This document shows, piece by piece, positions 36,515 through 49,623 of a stretch of 64,000 bases of DNA. The number at the start of each line of letters is the position of its first letter. Position 1 is the stretch's first letter. The DNA is taken from contig NC_043004.1 of the NCBI RefSeq assembly GCF_006345805.1, forward strand, positions 5,580,001 to 5,644,000, read 5' to 3'. This DNA comes from Octopus sinensis. Lineage: Eukaryota. Below the pieces are notes generated by a model, which did not search any database, was not told the DNA's origin, and saw only the letters and a program-made list of their open reading frames with translations. The position numbers were made by a program, and so were the translations under genes.

Positions 36515-38140
36515 CATCATCATCATCATCATTTAGCATCCGTTTTCCATGCTAGCATGGGTTGGACGGTTCAACTGGGGTCTGGGGAGCCCGAAGGCTG
36601 CACCAGGCCAGTCAGATCTGGCAGTGTTTCTACAGCTGGATGCCCTTCCTAACGCCAACCACTCCGAGAGTGTAGTGGGTGATTTTATGTGCCACAGACA
36701 CAGGTGCCAGACGAGGCTGGCGAACGGCCATGCTCGGATGGTGTTTTTATGTGCCACCGACACAGGTGCCAGACGAGGCTGGCAGACGGCCACGCTCGGA
36801 TGGTGTTTTTATGTGCCACCGACACAGGTGCCAGATGAGGCTGGCGGACGGCCACGATCGGATGGTGTTTGTTACGTCCCAAAGCACGGAGGCCAGTCTA
36901 TGCGGTACTGGCTACGGCCACGTTCGGATGATTTTCTTGTGTGCCACCGGCACTGGTACCACAAAGATACAAATTCCATTGATGTTCATCTATTTTGATT
37001 TGTTTTGATTTGATTTCATTTTCACTTGCCTCAACAGGTCTTCACAAGTGTCACAAGAAGGAAGGTATGCAGAGGTGGACTGACTACGTCCCAGGTAGGG
37101 GCCACGGGTTATGGCCTGACTAGTCTTGCCGGGTCTTCGGATGGTGTTTTTATGTGCCACCGACACAGGTGCCAGATGAGGCTGGCGAACGGCCACGATC
37201 GGATGGTGTTTGTTACGTGCCCACAGCACGGAGGCCAGTCGACGCGGTACTGGCTACGGCCACGTTCGGATGGTTTTTGTGTGCCACCGGCACTGGTACC
37301 ACAAAGATACAAATTCCATTGATGTTCATCTATTTTGATTGATTTGATTTGATTTGATTTTCACTTGCCTCAACAGGTCTTCACAAGTGTCACAGGAAGG
37401 AAGGAAGGTATGCACAGGTGGACTGACTACGTCCCAAGTAGGGGCCACGGGTTATGGCCTGACTAGTCTTGCCGGGTCTTCGGTTGGTGTTTTTATGTGC
37501 CACCGACACAGGTGCCAGATGAGGCTGGCGAACGGCCACGATCGGATGGTGTTTGTTATGTGCCCACGTCACAGAGGCCAGTCGATGCGGTACTGGCTAC
37601 GGCCACGTTCGGATGGTTTTCTTGTGTGCCAACGGTACTGGTACCACAAAGATACAAATTCCATTGATGTTCATCTATTTTGATTTGGTTTGATTTGATT
37701 GATTTGATTTTCACTTGCCTCAACAGGTCTACACAAGTGTCACACACTTGCCTCAACAGGTCTTCACAAGTGTCACACACTTGCCTCAACAGGTCTTCAC
37801 AAGTGTCATAAGTAGGTGTCACACACTTGCCTCAACAGGTCTTCACAAGTGTCATAAGTAGGAAGGTATGCACAGGTGGACTGACTACGTCGCCGGGTCT
37901 TCGGATGGTGTTTTTATGTGCCACCGACACAGGTGCCAGATGAGGCTGGCGAACGGCCACGATCAGATGGTGTTTGTTGTGCCCACAGCACGGAGGCCAG
38001 TCGATGCGGTACTGGCTACGGCCACGTTCGGATGGTTTTCTTGTGTGCCACCGGTACTGGAACCACAAAGATACAAATTCCATTGATGTTCATCTATTTT
38101 GATTTGGTTTGATTTTCACTTGCCTCAACAGGTCTTCACA
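36515..38140 (-). repeat. RTE 3' UTR amplified into a higher-order tandem array (~345-bp units with 61-bp and ~33-bp subunits)
   Basis: About four successive units. The unit is homologous to the reverse complement of the RTE stop/UTR region at about 13480-13700. Confidence 0.85.
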
Positions 38141-38630
38141 ATATGACTGTCCCAATCGATATAAACGTATCTGTCAAGACCTACCAAGTATAAAGATCTT
38201 GAAATAGAAATTAGCAAAATGTGGAACCTGAAGACTAAAACAATACCTATTTCTCTACTACCCAGAAGGGGCCAAACACAGAGAGGACAAACAAGGACAG
38301 ACAAATGGATAAGGTCGATTACATCGACCCCATTGCGTAACTAGTACTTATTTAATCGACCCCGAAAGGATGAAAGGCAAAGTCGACCTCGGCGGGACTC
38401 GAACTCAGAACGCAGCGGCAGACGAAACACCGCTAAGCACCTCGCCCGGCGTACTAACGACTCTGCCAGCTCACTGCCTTCTAAACAATACCTGTTGTCA
38501 TAGGTGCCCTGGGAATGATAGCAAAAGGGGCTGATTGCTACCTAGTTCAGATACCAGGAAACCCCAAAAATGGCAGAAATTCAAAAGATAGTGCTCATGG
38601 GAACTGCTCATATCCTATGCAAAATACTTT
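38141..38630 (+). mobile_element. R4/Dong-type non-LTR element C-terminus (restriction-like endonuclease), frameshifted and SINE-interrupted
   Basis: Reads MTVPIDINVSVKTY/KYKDLEIEISKMWNLKTKTIP[SINE]VVIGALGMIAKGADCYLVQIPG/MAEIQKIVLMGTAHILCKIL. Confidence 0.8.
38249..38482 (-). mobile_element. tRNA SINE (second family) with 11-bp TSD
   Basis: aaacaatacct at 38238-38248 and 38483-38493. Confidence 0.85.
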
Positions 38631-38632
38631 AA

Positions 38633-38853
38633 ACCTTTAGTGTTTGCATTACTCTGCCAAAATTAATGCTTTTTCATCCAAATTGTTTTGAACTAATCAT
38701 TCATTAATCTTGTACTATAAGATTTTGATGAGGTAGCTGTTAATTTTTAAAACGATATTGTAGGGTTGGTGTGAGAGACCAGATCTGGCCAGTTTGAACA
38801 TAAAACAGGCAGAATACTTTTGGCCGGATTTGGCCGGTTTAAATGCTAAAGGG
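38633..38853. mobile_element. piggyBac-type MITE (second family)
   Basis: acctttag...tgctaaaggg|TTAA. Related copy at 49624-49838. Confidence 0.65.
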
Positions 38854-39212
38854 TTAAAACAAACAAGTCCTGGGATCGATTTGTTCAACTAATCGATTTG
38901 TTCAACTAAAACCCTTCGAGGCAGTAAGCCTCCAGCAGGGCCACGGTCAAATGACTGAAACAAATAAAAGAGTAAAAGAACAAAAAAAATATATATATAT
39001 ATATAGGGGAGAATTGACAAAAGACAAACAAAACAAAAAGTCTTTAACATTTCGAGCCTACACTCTTCCACAGAAAGGAACACAGAAAGAAACAAGGAAA
39101 GAAAATAAAAAATGTGTAGTGGCATGCTCCACAGTGAAAGGTGAAAGTAACAAATTTCATACTTATATCAAATCAGTGCAATATTCAGCACATGAATAAA
39201 CACACTTTAGAC

Positions 39213-39494
39213 CAGTGGTTCCCAAACTTTTTGGGCTACCACCCCACTTGGCACCCATGCCACATTCCTAACGACACTCACCCTTCCCACCACAAATATA
39301 GACCACTTTCTGTAGCAAATTTAAAACCACTGTATTTCACAAATAAAACTTAAACCTAATTAACCTATTAATATATTTTTTATGTCAATCACTCCATTTT
39401 GGCTACCTCATTATCATCTCACTTTTCTTCAACATTCCCCTGGCTCATTCCACTGCCCCCAGTGGGGCAATACTGCCCACTTTGGGAATCACTG
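39213..39494. mobile_element. hAT-type MITE
   Basis: TIRs cagtggttcccaaa / tttgggaatcactg; perfect 8-bp TSD ctttagac. Confidence 0.88.
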
Positions 39495-39604
39495 CTTTAG
39501 ACTGAACAAAACTCAAACACCCACAAAGATCAAAACAGACATGGTGTCTGCAAAACATCAAATATGAAAGAAGCAAGCTTAAAGAGCCAAAGTAAGTAAT
39601 AAAT

Positions 39605-39645
<41 letters not shown>

Positions 39646-39719
39646 TATATATATATATAATATATATATATATATAGTAATAATAGTAATAATAATGATG
39701 ATGATAATAATAATAATAA

Positions 39720-40683
39720 TCATCATCATCATCATTTAACGTCCGCTTTCCATGCTAGCATGGGTTGGACGGTTCAACTGGGGTCTGGGGAGCCCGAAAG
39801 CTGCACCAGTCCAGTCAGATCTGGCAGTGTTTCTACAGCTGGATGCCCTTCCTAACGCCAACCACTCCGAGAGTGTAGTGGGTGATTTTATGTGCCACCG
39901 ACACAGGTGCCAGACGAGGCTGGCAAACAGCCATGCTCGGATGGTGTTTTTTTATGTGCCACCGACACAGGTGCCAGACGAGGCTGGCAGACGGCCACGC
40001 TCGGATGGTGTTTTTATGTGCCACCGACACAGGTGCCAGATGAGGCTGGCAAACGGCCATGATCGGATGGTGTTTGTTACGTGCCCACAGCACGGAGGCC
40101 AGTCGATGCGGTACTGGCTACGACCACGTTCGGATGGTTTTCTTGTGTGCCACGTGCCACCGGCACTGGTACCACAAAGATACAAATTCCATTGATGTTC
40201 ATCTATTTTGATTTGTTTTGATTTTCACTTGCCTCAACAGGTCTTCACAAGTGTCACAAGAAGGAAGGTATGCACAGGTGGACTGACTACGTCCCAGGTA
40301 GGGGCCACAGGTTATGGCCTGACTAGTCTTGCCGGGTCTTCGGATGGTGTTTTTATGTGCCACCGACACAGGTGCCAGATGAGGCTGGCGAACGGCCACG
40401 ATCGGATGGTGTTTGTTACGTGCCCACAGCACGAGGCCAGTCGGTGCGGTACTGGCTACGGCCACGTTCGGATGGTTTTCTTGTGTGCCACCGGCACTGG
40501 TACCACAAAGATACAATTCCATTAATGTTCATCTATTTTGATTTGTTTTGATTTGATTTGATTTGTTTTGATTTCATTTTGATTTTCACTTGCCTCAACA
40601 GGCCTTCACAAGTATCACAAGGAGGAAGGTATGCACAGGTGGACTGACTACGTCCCAGGTAGGGGCCATGGGATATGGCCTGA

Positions 40684-40687
<4 letters not shown>
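39720..40687 (-). repeat. Second RTE 3' UTR tandem array
   Basis: Same terminal segment and ~345-bp units as 36515-38140. Confidence 0.85.
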
Positions 40688-40756
<69 letters not shown>

Positions 40757-42459
40757 GTATACATATTGAGTCAAGTACATCAACATCAAAATAAAAACCA
40801 AATGGAAATTGTAGTTGTGATACCTGTGCTGGTGGCATGTAAAAAGCACCATCCGAACATGGCTGATGCCAGCACCGCCTGGACTGGAATCCGTGCTGGT
40901 GGCATGTAAAAAGCACCAACTGATTGTGGCCATTGCCAGCCTTCTCTGGCCCCTGTGTCGGTGGCACATAGATATCACCCACTACACTCACGGAGTGGTT
41001 GGCATTAGAAAGGGCATCCAGCTGTAGAAACACTGCCAGATCAGACTGGAGCCTGGTGCAGTGTCCTGGTTTCCCAGACCCCGGTCGAACCGTCCAACCC
41101 ATGCTAGCATGGAAAATGGACATTAAATGATAATGATGATGATATATTTGTTTGTCTTTGTGTCTGTGTTTGTCCCCCTATCACTGCTTGTCAACCAGTG
41201 TTGGTGTGTTTATGTCCCCATAAACTAGCAATTCAGTAAAAGAGATTGATAGAATAAGTACTAAACTTAAGAAATAAGTCCTGGTAGTTCATTTGTTTGA
41301 CTAGACCTCTTCAAGGTGGTGCTCTGGCATGGCAGCAGTCAAATGACTGAAACAAAAAAACCAATAAAAGAATATATCAAAATAAGAAGTTGGAAAAATG
41401 TTTCAGTATTCTTTATTCACCATTACGCATGTTTCATTTGCTAACAGGAATGAGACATGTAATGCTGAAGAAATAATTCCAAAAAAATTTTTCCGATTTC
41501 CTGTTTTGATATACATCATCATCATCATCATCATCGTTTAACGTTCGTTTTCCATGCTAGCATGGGTTGGACAGTTTGACCGGGGTCTGGGAAGCCAGGA
41601 GGCTACACCAGGCTCCAGTCTGATCTGGCAGTGTTTCTACAACTGGATGCCCTTCCTAATGCCAACCACTCTGTGAGTGTAGTGAGTGCTTTTTACATGC
41701 CACCAGCACATGTGCCAGGGGAGGCTGGCAGCAGCCACAATTGGTTGGTGCTTTTTACATACCACCGGCACAGGCATCGGCCACGATGGTGCTTTTTACT
41801 CTTTCCATTTGATATTTATTTTGATGTTGATGTACTTGACTCAATAGGTCTCCTCAAGCACAGCAGGTCGCCCTACAATCCAAGGTAAGCACAGCAGGCC
41901 ATCCTGCGAGCCATGAACTCACTTCATTTGGCGGGTCTTCACAGTCACAGCAGAGGACTTGGTCTTTTGTCATTGCCTCTATGAGGGGGAGGGATTTTGT
42001 GTGTATCCTTGTCTAGACATCACCTGATGGTTATAAATGAGCATCATCCTCACACAAGTGAGGTTGTTTCTTTCCAGGCTTCAGTGAAAACCCTGTCTAG
42101 CTATGACAAAAAAATTACCTTGTTTGAGAACAGGAGAGGGTTGGTGACAGGAAGAGCATTTGGCTATAGAAAATCTGCCTCAATAAATTCTGTTTGAACC
42201 ATGCAAGCATTGGAAAAGTGGATGTTAAGTGATGATGATACTCACAGATTGCTTATGGGCCCTTCCCTTCTGAAGTCATAGGATGTAATTAAAGAAGATT
42301 TGACTGCTATTTCTAACAGCTTGAGTGACCACATAAAGGCTCTCTCTTGTCTTGTTTCTCACTCAAATTGAGCTGATATATCCCAAGACATTCTTGTCAT
42401 AACCATATTAACAGTTTTGTATATAATGGATGACATTGTCCAATGAATTATTTTTCTGA

Positions 42460-42865
42460 TATGGTAAACTTAGATAAACTTAGATATGTTTCGACCAAAG
42501 ATTGGTCCAAGCCATGTCTAACTTAATAGCACCACCTGATAGAATTATCTAAATCCTGTTTAAGTCAAGTTTTGTTTATGGTCCATTCAAGTAGTAAGTT
42601 CTTGTTGAGTGAGTTGTATCCAGATATAAGTGGCTTATCCGGTATTCCTTGAAGAAATTTGTCCAGACTCCGTTTAAAGGTGATGGGATACTTTTCCTCT
42701 TTGATCTCTTTTGGGACAACATTAAACAGGGCAGGGCCTGTTGAGGAAAAGAAATTGTGTTGCAGTGTACCTATATGTTGTGATCCTGAATTGGGCAGGG
42801 GATGTATAGCCTGTGGTCCCAGCTTTGGATGAACCTTGAAACTAATGTTCAGGTAGGGGTCAATT
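42460..42865 (-). mobile_element. CR1/L2-group LINE 3' end (ORF2 C-terminus, stem-loop, short tandem tail)
   Basis: Open frame YLNISFKVHPKLGP...FSSTGPALFNVVPKEIKEEKYPITFKRSLDKFLQGIPDKPLISGYNSLNKNLLLEW; 3' hairpin gacc-aatcttt-ggtc; tail (tatctaagtt)2. Confidence 0.75.
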
Positions 42866-43548
42866 TAAAGGAGATATGGTTGCTATTTCTAGCAGGCTAA
42901 GAGAGACTTTCTTGTTGGAGCATTTTCTACCTGCTTACATAGGATGCAACATAATCAAATTGCTAAGAAGTTTACTTTGCAATCAAAAGGTCCCTGGTTC
43001 AATTTCATTGCATGTCATCTTGGGTATATGTCTTTTACCATAGCTTAATGTTAACCCAAACCATATCAGTGAAATTAGGTGGATGGAAATTGTATTGAAG
43101 CCATCAGGTGAATTGTATCTGTAAATTAAAGGTTCGTCTTTGTTGTCAGGTAAGATTAATTCACCACCACTACCATCATCATCATTATCACCACCACCAA
43201 TACCATCATCATCATCATTTAATGCCCATTTTACCACACTTGCATGGGTTAGACAGAATTTGTTGAGGCAGATTTTCTATGATCAAATGCTCCTCATGTC
43301 TGCAACCCTCACCTGTTTGTTTCCAAGCAAGATAATAATTACCATGACCAGACATTTTTTCAGAATATTGGAAATGAATGGCACTGCTTGTGTAACAGTG
43401 ACACTCATTTACAACTAATATGCAATGTCAAGACAAAGAGACACAAATATACACACATACACCCAGATACATACATACATACACACTATGTGTATATATA
43501 TATACATATATACATACACACATACATAGTGTGTATGTGAATGTGTGC

Positions 43549-43583
<35 letters not shown>

Positions 43584-43932
43584 CATATGTATATATTTAC
43601 ATACATATATGCAAATATATATTGACGTCTGTGCGTGTATGTTTGTCAGTAGTATATATGCGCGTTTGTGTGTATGTGTGTGTGTGTGTGCGCGCGCGCG
43701 CGTGTATGATTCCAAGTTCTTCCAAGTGTAATTGGTAAAAAGGAAAACAATGTTTGCTTTTGCTATAAATTTCAATACTTTCGTTGTTTTGCTCGTTACA
43801 CTTGGGTAATTGTTATAGTATTCTCCCATGAAAAAAAAAAAAGATGAATAATAAATGAAAACCTTTAATGCCAAAGTAGTTCTTCGTTATTATCGATCGA
43901 GGAAAAGTCTGACAAAAATAGCCAAACTCTGG

Positions 43933-43988
43933 TGACTTCAACAAGTTATGTTGGCGACCAATCGCAGATCAACGGCCCTATGACGTCA
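43933..43988 (+). promoter_or_regulatory. Candidate promoter: CRE-like TGACTTCA, CCAAT box, perfect CRE TGACGTCA
   Basis: TGACTTCA at 43933-40, CCAAT at 43958-62 and TGACGTCA at 43981-88, at the start of a TE-poor, CpG-retaining block. Confidence 0.55.
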
Positions 43989-44253
43989 CTCGCTTCTGCT
44001 AACTTTCTTTCACACAAACAAGGTTCCATCATAGCAAAGACGACAACTTTAAGCAAACATCAACAGCACCGACATTAAAAGTTGTGTACGACTAAAAAAG
44101 AATCAGTAAAAAAAACAGGAATAAGTAGATTTGATATAAGCATTGTCATCTCGACAGATTGTAAATCTAGTTAAAACACTCGCACAAAGTTTGGTGGGGG
44201 AAAGGAAAAACACAGTTTGTGGCAGTTGGCAAAGTAGCGAAGGCGCTGGGGAG

Positions 44254-44389
44254 ATGAGCGCTTTGTTCACTGGAAGCTGTCTTGTAGAGGGGTGTAGTAG
44301 CAGAGTTCCGTTATGTTAGTGCCAACAACATGGCTAAACGTTCCTACCAACTGCCACAACTGTTGCAGTGGGCGCTGTTAGAAAGTTGA
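44254..44389 (+). promoter_or_regulatory. Three overlapping upstream ORFs in the putative 5' UTR
   Basis: uORFs at 44254-44319, 44313-44381 and 44330-44389. The last stops in TGATG, overlapping the candidate main ATG. Confidence 0.45.
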
Positions 44390-44503
44390 TGGATATGGAT
44401 GGTAACACGTCAGATCATAGCCTACCATCCAGTGACCATACTGGGGGCACTTGGATCCAGTCCTGGGAAAAGGATATTCATTCAGTTTCAAGATTGAACT
44501 TGG
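44389..44503 (+). CDS. Candidate first coding exon of an unidentified gene (MDMDGNTSDHSLPSSDHTGGTWIQSWEKDIHSVSRLNL, phase 1)
   Basis: First in-frame ATG after an in-frame TAA; donor TGG|GTAAGG at 44504; lies downstream of the CCAAT/CRE cluster. No homology recognised, so it could be non-coding. Confidence 0.4.
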
Positions 44504-45441
44504 GTAAGGAACTTTCTCTTTTTCTCTCCCCACCTCTCTCTCTCTCTCTCTCTCTCTTTCTATTTTATTTTTCTATGTCTCTCTCTCTTTTCTTTCTTTT
44601 TTTTTTCACGCCATTTTGCGACGCTTTCCAAATTATTACATCGAAGTTGACCAAACTGTCTTTTTTTTTAATGATTTAACCTTCTTTATTTTATATGTCA
44701 ATGTCTTGCTATGCTCACTCCGTAAGCATTTCACTCCACAAGATTGTCTTCAATTGATGTAACCTCAAGTGAAACTCGATTGTCAAATGAAAATACCTCA
44801 TAGCTCACTTTCCAATATTTTCAATAATTCCACAGTCATTCTTTTTTGTGTGTTTATATTTATATATTTTGGAGCAGTGGACCTCGAAGTCCATACAACT
44901 TTAAACAACAGCATGTAAATATACTGGGTAAAAAAAAAAAACCCCAATTTCAATCGAAAAAGTCAAATGCTGCCCTTCCGTTCTTTTATTTTTCAAATTA
45001 AAGTTTGTAATGTTTGTAATTTTCTAATATTTTCTCATTTACCATTTTTCAATCAAAACCAATTTAAGCAGTTCCTTCCTCTTTTAATGAAAGAAACTAT
45101 AAAATTAGATATGTAATCACACACACGGACACAGATGCACACACACACACACACACACATGCAGTAATGATGTTTGGTGGGTCCGGTTTTCAAGATTCCT
45201 GTTTATGTACATTAAAAAAAAAATGTCTTTATTTTATGAGTGTTTGTTGTGTTTAAGAATGTGCATGTTTACACATGAGTAATATATCTGTTTATTTTGT
45301 AAATATATTATTTTCATAGACGTCTGTTTTTTGGTTTTGTTTATGCATTGAATAGGTCGGCATTGCTACAGACACGCACACACACATACATACACGCATG
45401 CATGCATACATACACACACACACACACATACATACATACAT

Positions 45442-45474
<33 letters not shown>

Positions 45475-45634
45475 TACATACATACATGTGTATGTATGTG
45501 TTCATGATTGCTGAATTGTAATAGTATATACTTGTTAATGTGTTAGTGTGTGTTTATTTTCAAGTGTTTTATACATACATACATGCATGCATACACACAC
45601 AAACACACGCACACACATACATATATATATATAT

Positions 45635-45690
<56 letters not shown>

Positions 45691-46210
45691 AAGAAAGAGA
45701 TGATGATGATGATGATGCTGTCTGTATGCAATATTTATATTATTGTTTATGTTTCCACGACTGGGTTCTCTTAATGTATCAATATGTCTAAGCTTAATGT
45801 GTCTGTGTGTGATTCTGTTTATTTGTCATTAAAATGCTTGCCGGAACCATTGGCAAACCAAGTAATGGTTTGTTATTGTTGTTGCTGTTCTGATAGCAGG
45901 TGATGTGTTGAACCGACCCTCCTTAATTTCCTTGCAAACTCGTTGCTTCAACTGTATTTGTTAAATATGGCATTTCACTGTTGAAGAGCCTGTTTTACTT
46001 ACATCAATTATAATTAAATAATGATCTTTTGGCTTCATTTTAGCTGTTTAATGATTATTTTTTTATAATTATTTCTCTAGTTTACCAATTGGGTATGTGT
46101 GTGTGTGTGTGTGTGTTTATGTCAAGTTATAATAAAACTTTTCCATTAAACTAAAGGATTATACAATACTTTTTTTGTAGAGGACATATATATTATACTT
46201 TAACAAGAAT

Positions 46211-46284
46211 AGTGTTGATAGTGACTCCGAAGATTCCGGTCTACTCGCCTGTCCAATGATGACTTCGGAGTCACTGTCACCACT
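46211..46284. other. 22-bp hairpin with 30-nt loop (pre-miRNA-sized)
   Basis: agtgttgatagtgactccgaag pairs with cttcggagtcactgtcaccact (one mismatch, one G-U). Confidence 0.6.
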
Positions 46285-47595
46285 TATAAAAGTGTGTGCG
46301 TGTGTTTCCTTTGAAACTATGCCCCCCCCCCAATTTGTCTTTAAATTGTTAATTATGCTTTCAGCATTTTCAAATTCATCTACATTTTAAAAAAAGAATT
46401 AAGGTAAAATTTAAGAATTTTTTAACGTGAATTATCGTCTTGGCAAGACATTGTATATATTTCTGGATGGATGGATAGTCACAGTGAAACTACCAACTAT
46501 TTTGACTGAACCATCTGAGAAACAAGTTTGCTTCAGTGTTTGGCCATTAATACTAATTGCTCTGACCTTTCTGTTTGTTGGTTTCACACTCATGTTTTAG
46601 TTCATGATCGCGAGTTCCTATTTACTGTGTACGTTTTTGTTGTCTCTGGACAGGATATATTATTTAACTATCTACATCGACTAGTATCGCGCGCGCGCGT
46701 ACGCACATTGCAGGCTTTCCTGGGAAAGTTATCTGAAACATGTAGAGGCTTGTCAAAGGAAATATTTATTTATTCCCCATTTGCTTCATGCAGATGTTTG
46801 TTTGTTTATTTACGACCACATTAATTGACAGAGTTGATCCGCTCAGTTGATCAATGTGGTTCGTTACTGATGAACATTAAAGTAACACTGCCACCCCACC
46901 TCCACCGAAACTTGGGACTACAATATTTCACGACACATAAATATAACACCTGTTTTCCTTGTATAAACACATACGTATGTATATATTAGAAGCTCGGAGG
47001 AAGCACAAGCAGTCAGCTCTTAGTGCACTGCATTTCATAGCAGAAACAGCGGTAAGCTAATGAAGTTCAAAGCATAGTTTCCTGTTCCGTCGTCATTTAT
47101 TTAATTGTGTGTGTGCGCACATAAACTATATCAATTGACAAAGCATCGATACATATTAATATGGCAGATACATAAACTAAAGGAATATTCTCTCATTAGT
47201 ATTAATTATCCCGTCTGTCACCGAATACGGGTTTTTCTATTACACTGTTCTCTAATTTGTTGGCTATAGCACATCTGTTGTCTCCTGACATGTGCAATTT
47301 GGTCGAGTTAGTGTGAAACAGTTTCCATTTGTTGAAATCTGAAGAAGACATCACAGTTGAGAGGTGTCAACTGCCTCGAACAGGATATCAGCACCAATCT
47401 CTTGTCATTTAATCCAGTTTTCCTGGGATTGTCTGCTTGCTCTGCTGTGAAGGAGAATAAACTGAAACTGTGATTGGGGAATTTTTTTTTTTTTTTAGTA
47501 ATTTGAATTCTGTTTTTGTTGCTGTTCTTTCATTATTTTTTTCTTCTGTCCCGTGCTAAAATTTGTACATCAGTCCGTCCATAGTCCCAGTATCT

Positions 47596-47865
47596 CTATA
47601 GTTCTCAACCGGGGTCCATGTTATAGTCCTTGGGCGAGTCCACATAAGATTTTGTCGTTAAAATTTATCTGCAATAAATTTGTTATATTTCAACCATTCA
47701 CAGGATATTTTAACAATATTTTTTGTACAATACCAAATGATAGTTAATTATAAGAATATATGATTTTTTAAAACATCGAACGGTTTGGAGGGTCCATCCG
47801 AGTAAAATAGGAATGAAAAGGGGTCCATAGGTAAAAAATTCTTTAAAAATGATTGAGACACACTG
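47596..47865. mobile_element. Degraded hAT-type MITE (same family as 12917)
   Basis: gttctcaaccggggtcc ... ggggtccatagg...gattgagacacactg. Confidence 0.6.
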
Positions 47866-48830
47866 CAGTAGTTTAGTTTTTTTTTTTTCCCTATGGGAAA
47901 AAAATTATTACGAGCTTCTCCCTCAACCCGTCCCCATTCCTGGAGACCTACTTCAGTGGTTACCCATAATGGGAGAAGGCGATATTCTTCCGATATCGTA
48001 AACCTTGCCTTCCATTATAAAACTTTTGATTCAGAGAGAGAGATGGGGATCGATAATGTAGTTTGACCGGTATCTTATTTATCGATTAAAGTTGGGTTCA
48101 ATGATTTAAACTCAAAAGTACAGTGCAGGAACAAATAAATACCTGAAAGCATTTTGTTCGACGCACTAACATCCAAACAATTCGCCGCCTCCATTCGTTT
48201 AATTATTGTCCTTGCTATTTGAAATGTTTATACAGAAAATAGTCTGGCTTCAATATATTTCTTAAATGTTTGAAACCTAAATGTTTATATAAGGAGCGTG
48301 GGTTTTAAATTGTTTTCCTGTTTTTATTTTTCCAATAAAGTTAACGAAGAACTTCTGTGGTCACTCACCCTGCCTGAAACAATGGCTATATTTACTCAAT
48401 TGACAATACTTTTTTTTTTTTTTTTTAAGTTAGGATAAATTGGATCCCGTACTTTCGGGATGGTCATGACTGAAGGTCCTTTGATTACCGATTTTCAGTT
48501 AAGATTGAGCTAGTCCTGAACAACTCCCTAAAGTCTTCTAGCCGATAGTCATAATTTTTCAAGGCAAAATATCCAACGTTGAGAAGTATTTTAGCTCTTG
48601 TTCAGTTCGATATGAAAGAGTTACACCATTCCTAAATAAAATCAACAAAATGCATTTGAATCAGTTTCTAAACCTTCTTTCAATACTATGTATCTCTCAT
48701 CTAGTTAACATTTTTTTCCCCAATTTCTATGTTCCTTCCCACAAGCATGATGTTCACACACAAAAAAGCGAAAAAATAATTTGTTTAAATATATACTTAT
48801 ATTCATTTAGCACTCACACCCGTACACGCA

Positions 48831-48865
<35 letters not shown>

Positions 48866-49623
48866 ACTCACATTTGTTCCTTTTGTTGATATAACTCTAG
48901 TCAGATGTATATAGAAAACATAAGTACACATGAAGTATCATTAAATTAATGTGTGGGGGTGTGTTAGTGTATGTGAGGTAATTTTTTTTGTTTTTTATAA
49001 GCCAGCAATAAATGTGGCACACACAAAGCAAATATAAACAAACAGATGCATCTGGTGGAAAACAAAGCAACACATCTCCCCGGTTGTCAGTGTAGTGTGC
49101 AGATCTTCATTTCCTCATCTATTTTAAGCCCTATATCTATTTGTAGATCCTGTTCGTCTTCCCTGTAATGCTCATACTACAAGCAGCATCATTCAAAGCA
49201 GATAACAGCAGAAGATATCAATATGGTTGCATCTGTTTAACAACATTCTGTATCACTGAAAGACTTATCCAGGAAATTAAAAATTATTTTTCTAGTAAAG
49301 CCAGAAAATAACGATTATCTTTTACACTGAATTATAAAGCAAATTTAATTATTAAAAAAAAAAAATTATAATTAACTTACTATTGATTGCTAAGATAAGC
49401 CACTAGGTCATAAACTTTGAAAGATCAGTGCATTTGATTAACTTAACCCGAATACTTAAGAGGAATGAAAAGCAAATATAACTCTAGCTGGATTTGAATT
49501 TAGAATGTAGAGACATGCAAGAACTGTATTCAATGGCATAAAAGATGCATGGGTATATTAGATGCACCCCAATTTCAGCATATTCAGGAAAAACAGAAGA
49601 AAAAAAAGCTTTTAGTGTAATAA

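Noticed and set aside
36533-40551. Many overlapping Cys/His/Arg-rich ORFs, and regular spacing suggestive of a CRISPR array
   Set aside because: They are tandem copies of an RTE 3' UTR with no unique spacers, in a eukaryotic context.
42470-42520. gacc-aatcttt-ggtc-GAAAC (minus strand) as a hammerhead
   Set aside because: No CTGANGA core upstream; better explained as the 3' stem-loop of the CR1-type LINE.
46860-46915. CTGATGA...CCGAAAC as a hammerhead
   Set aside because: No helix II or stem III complementarity.
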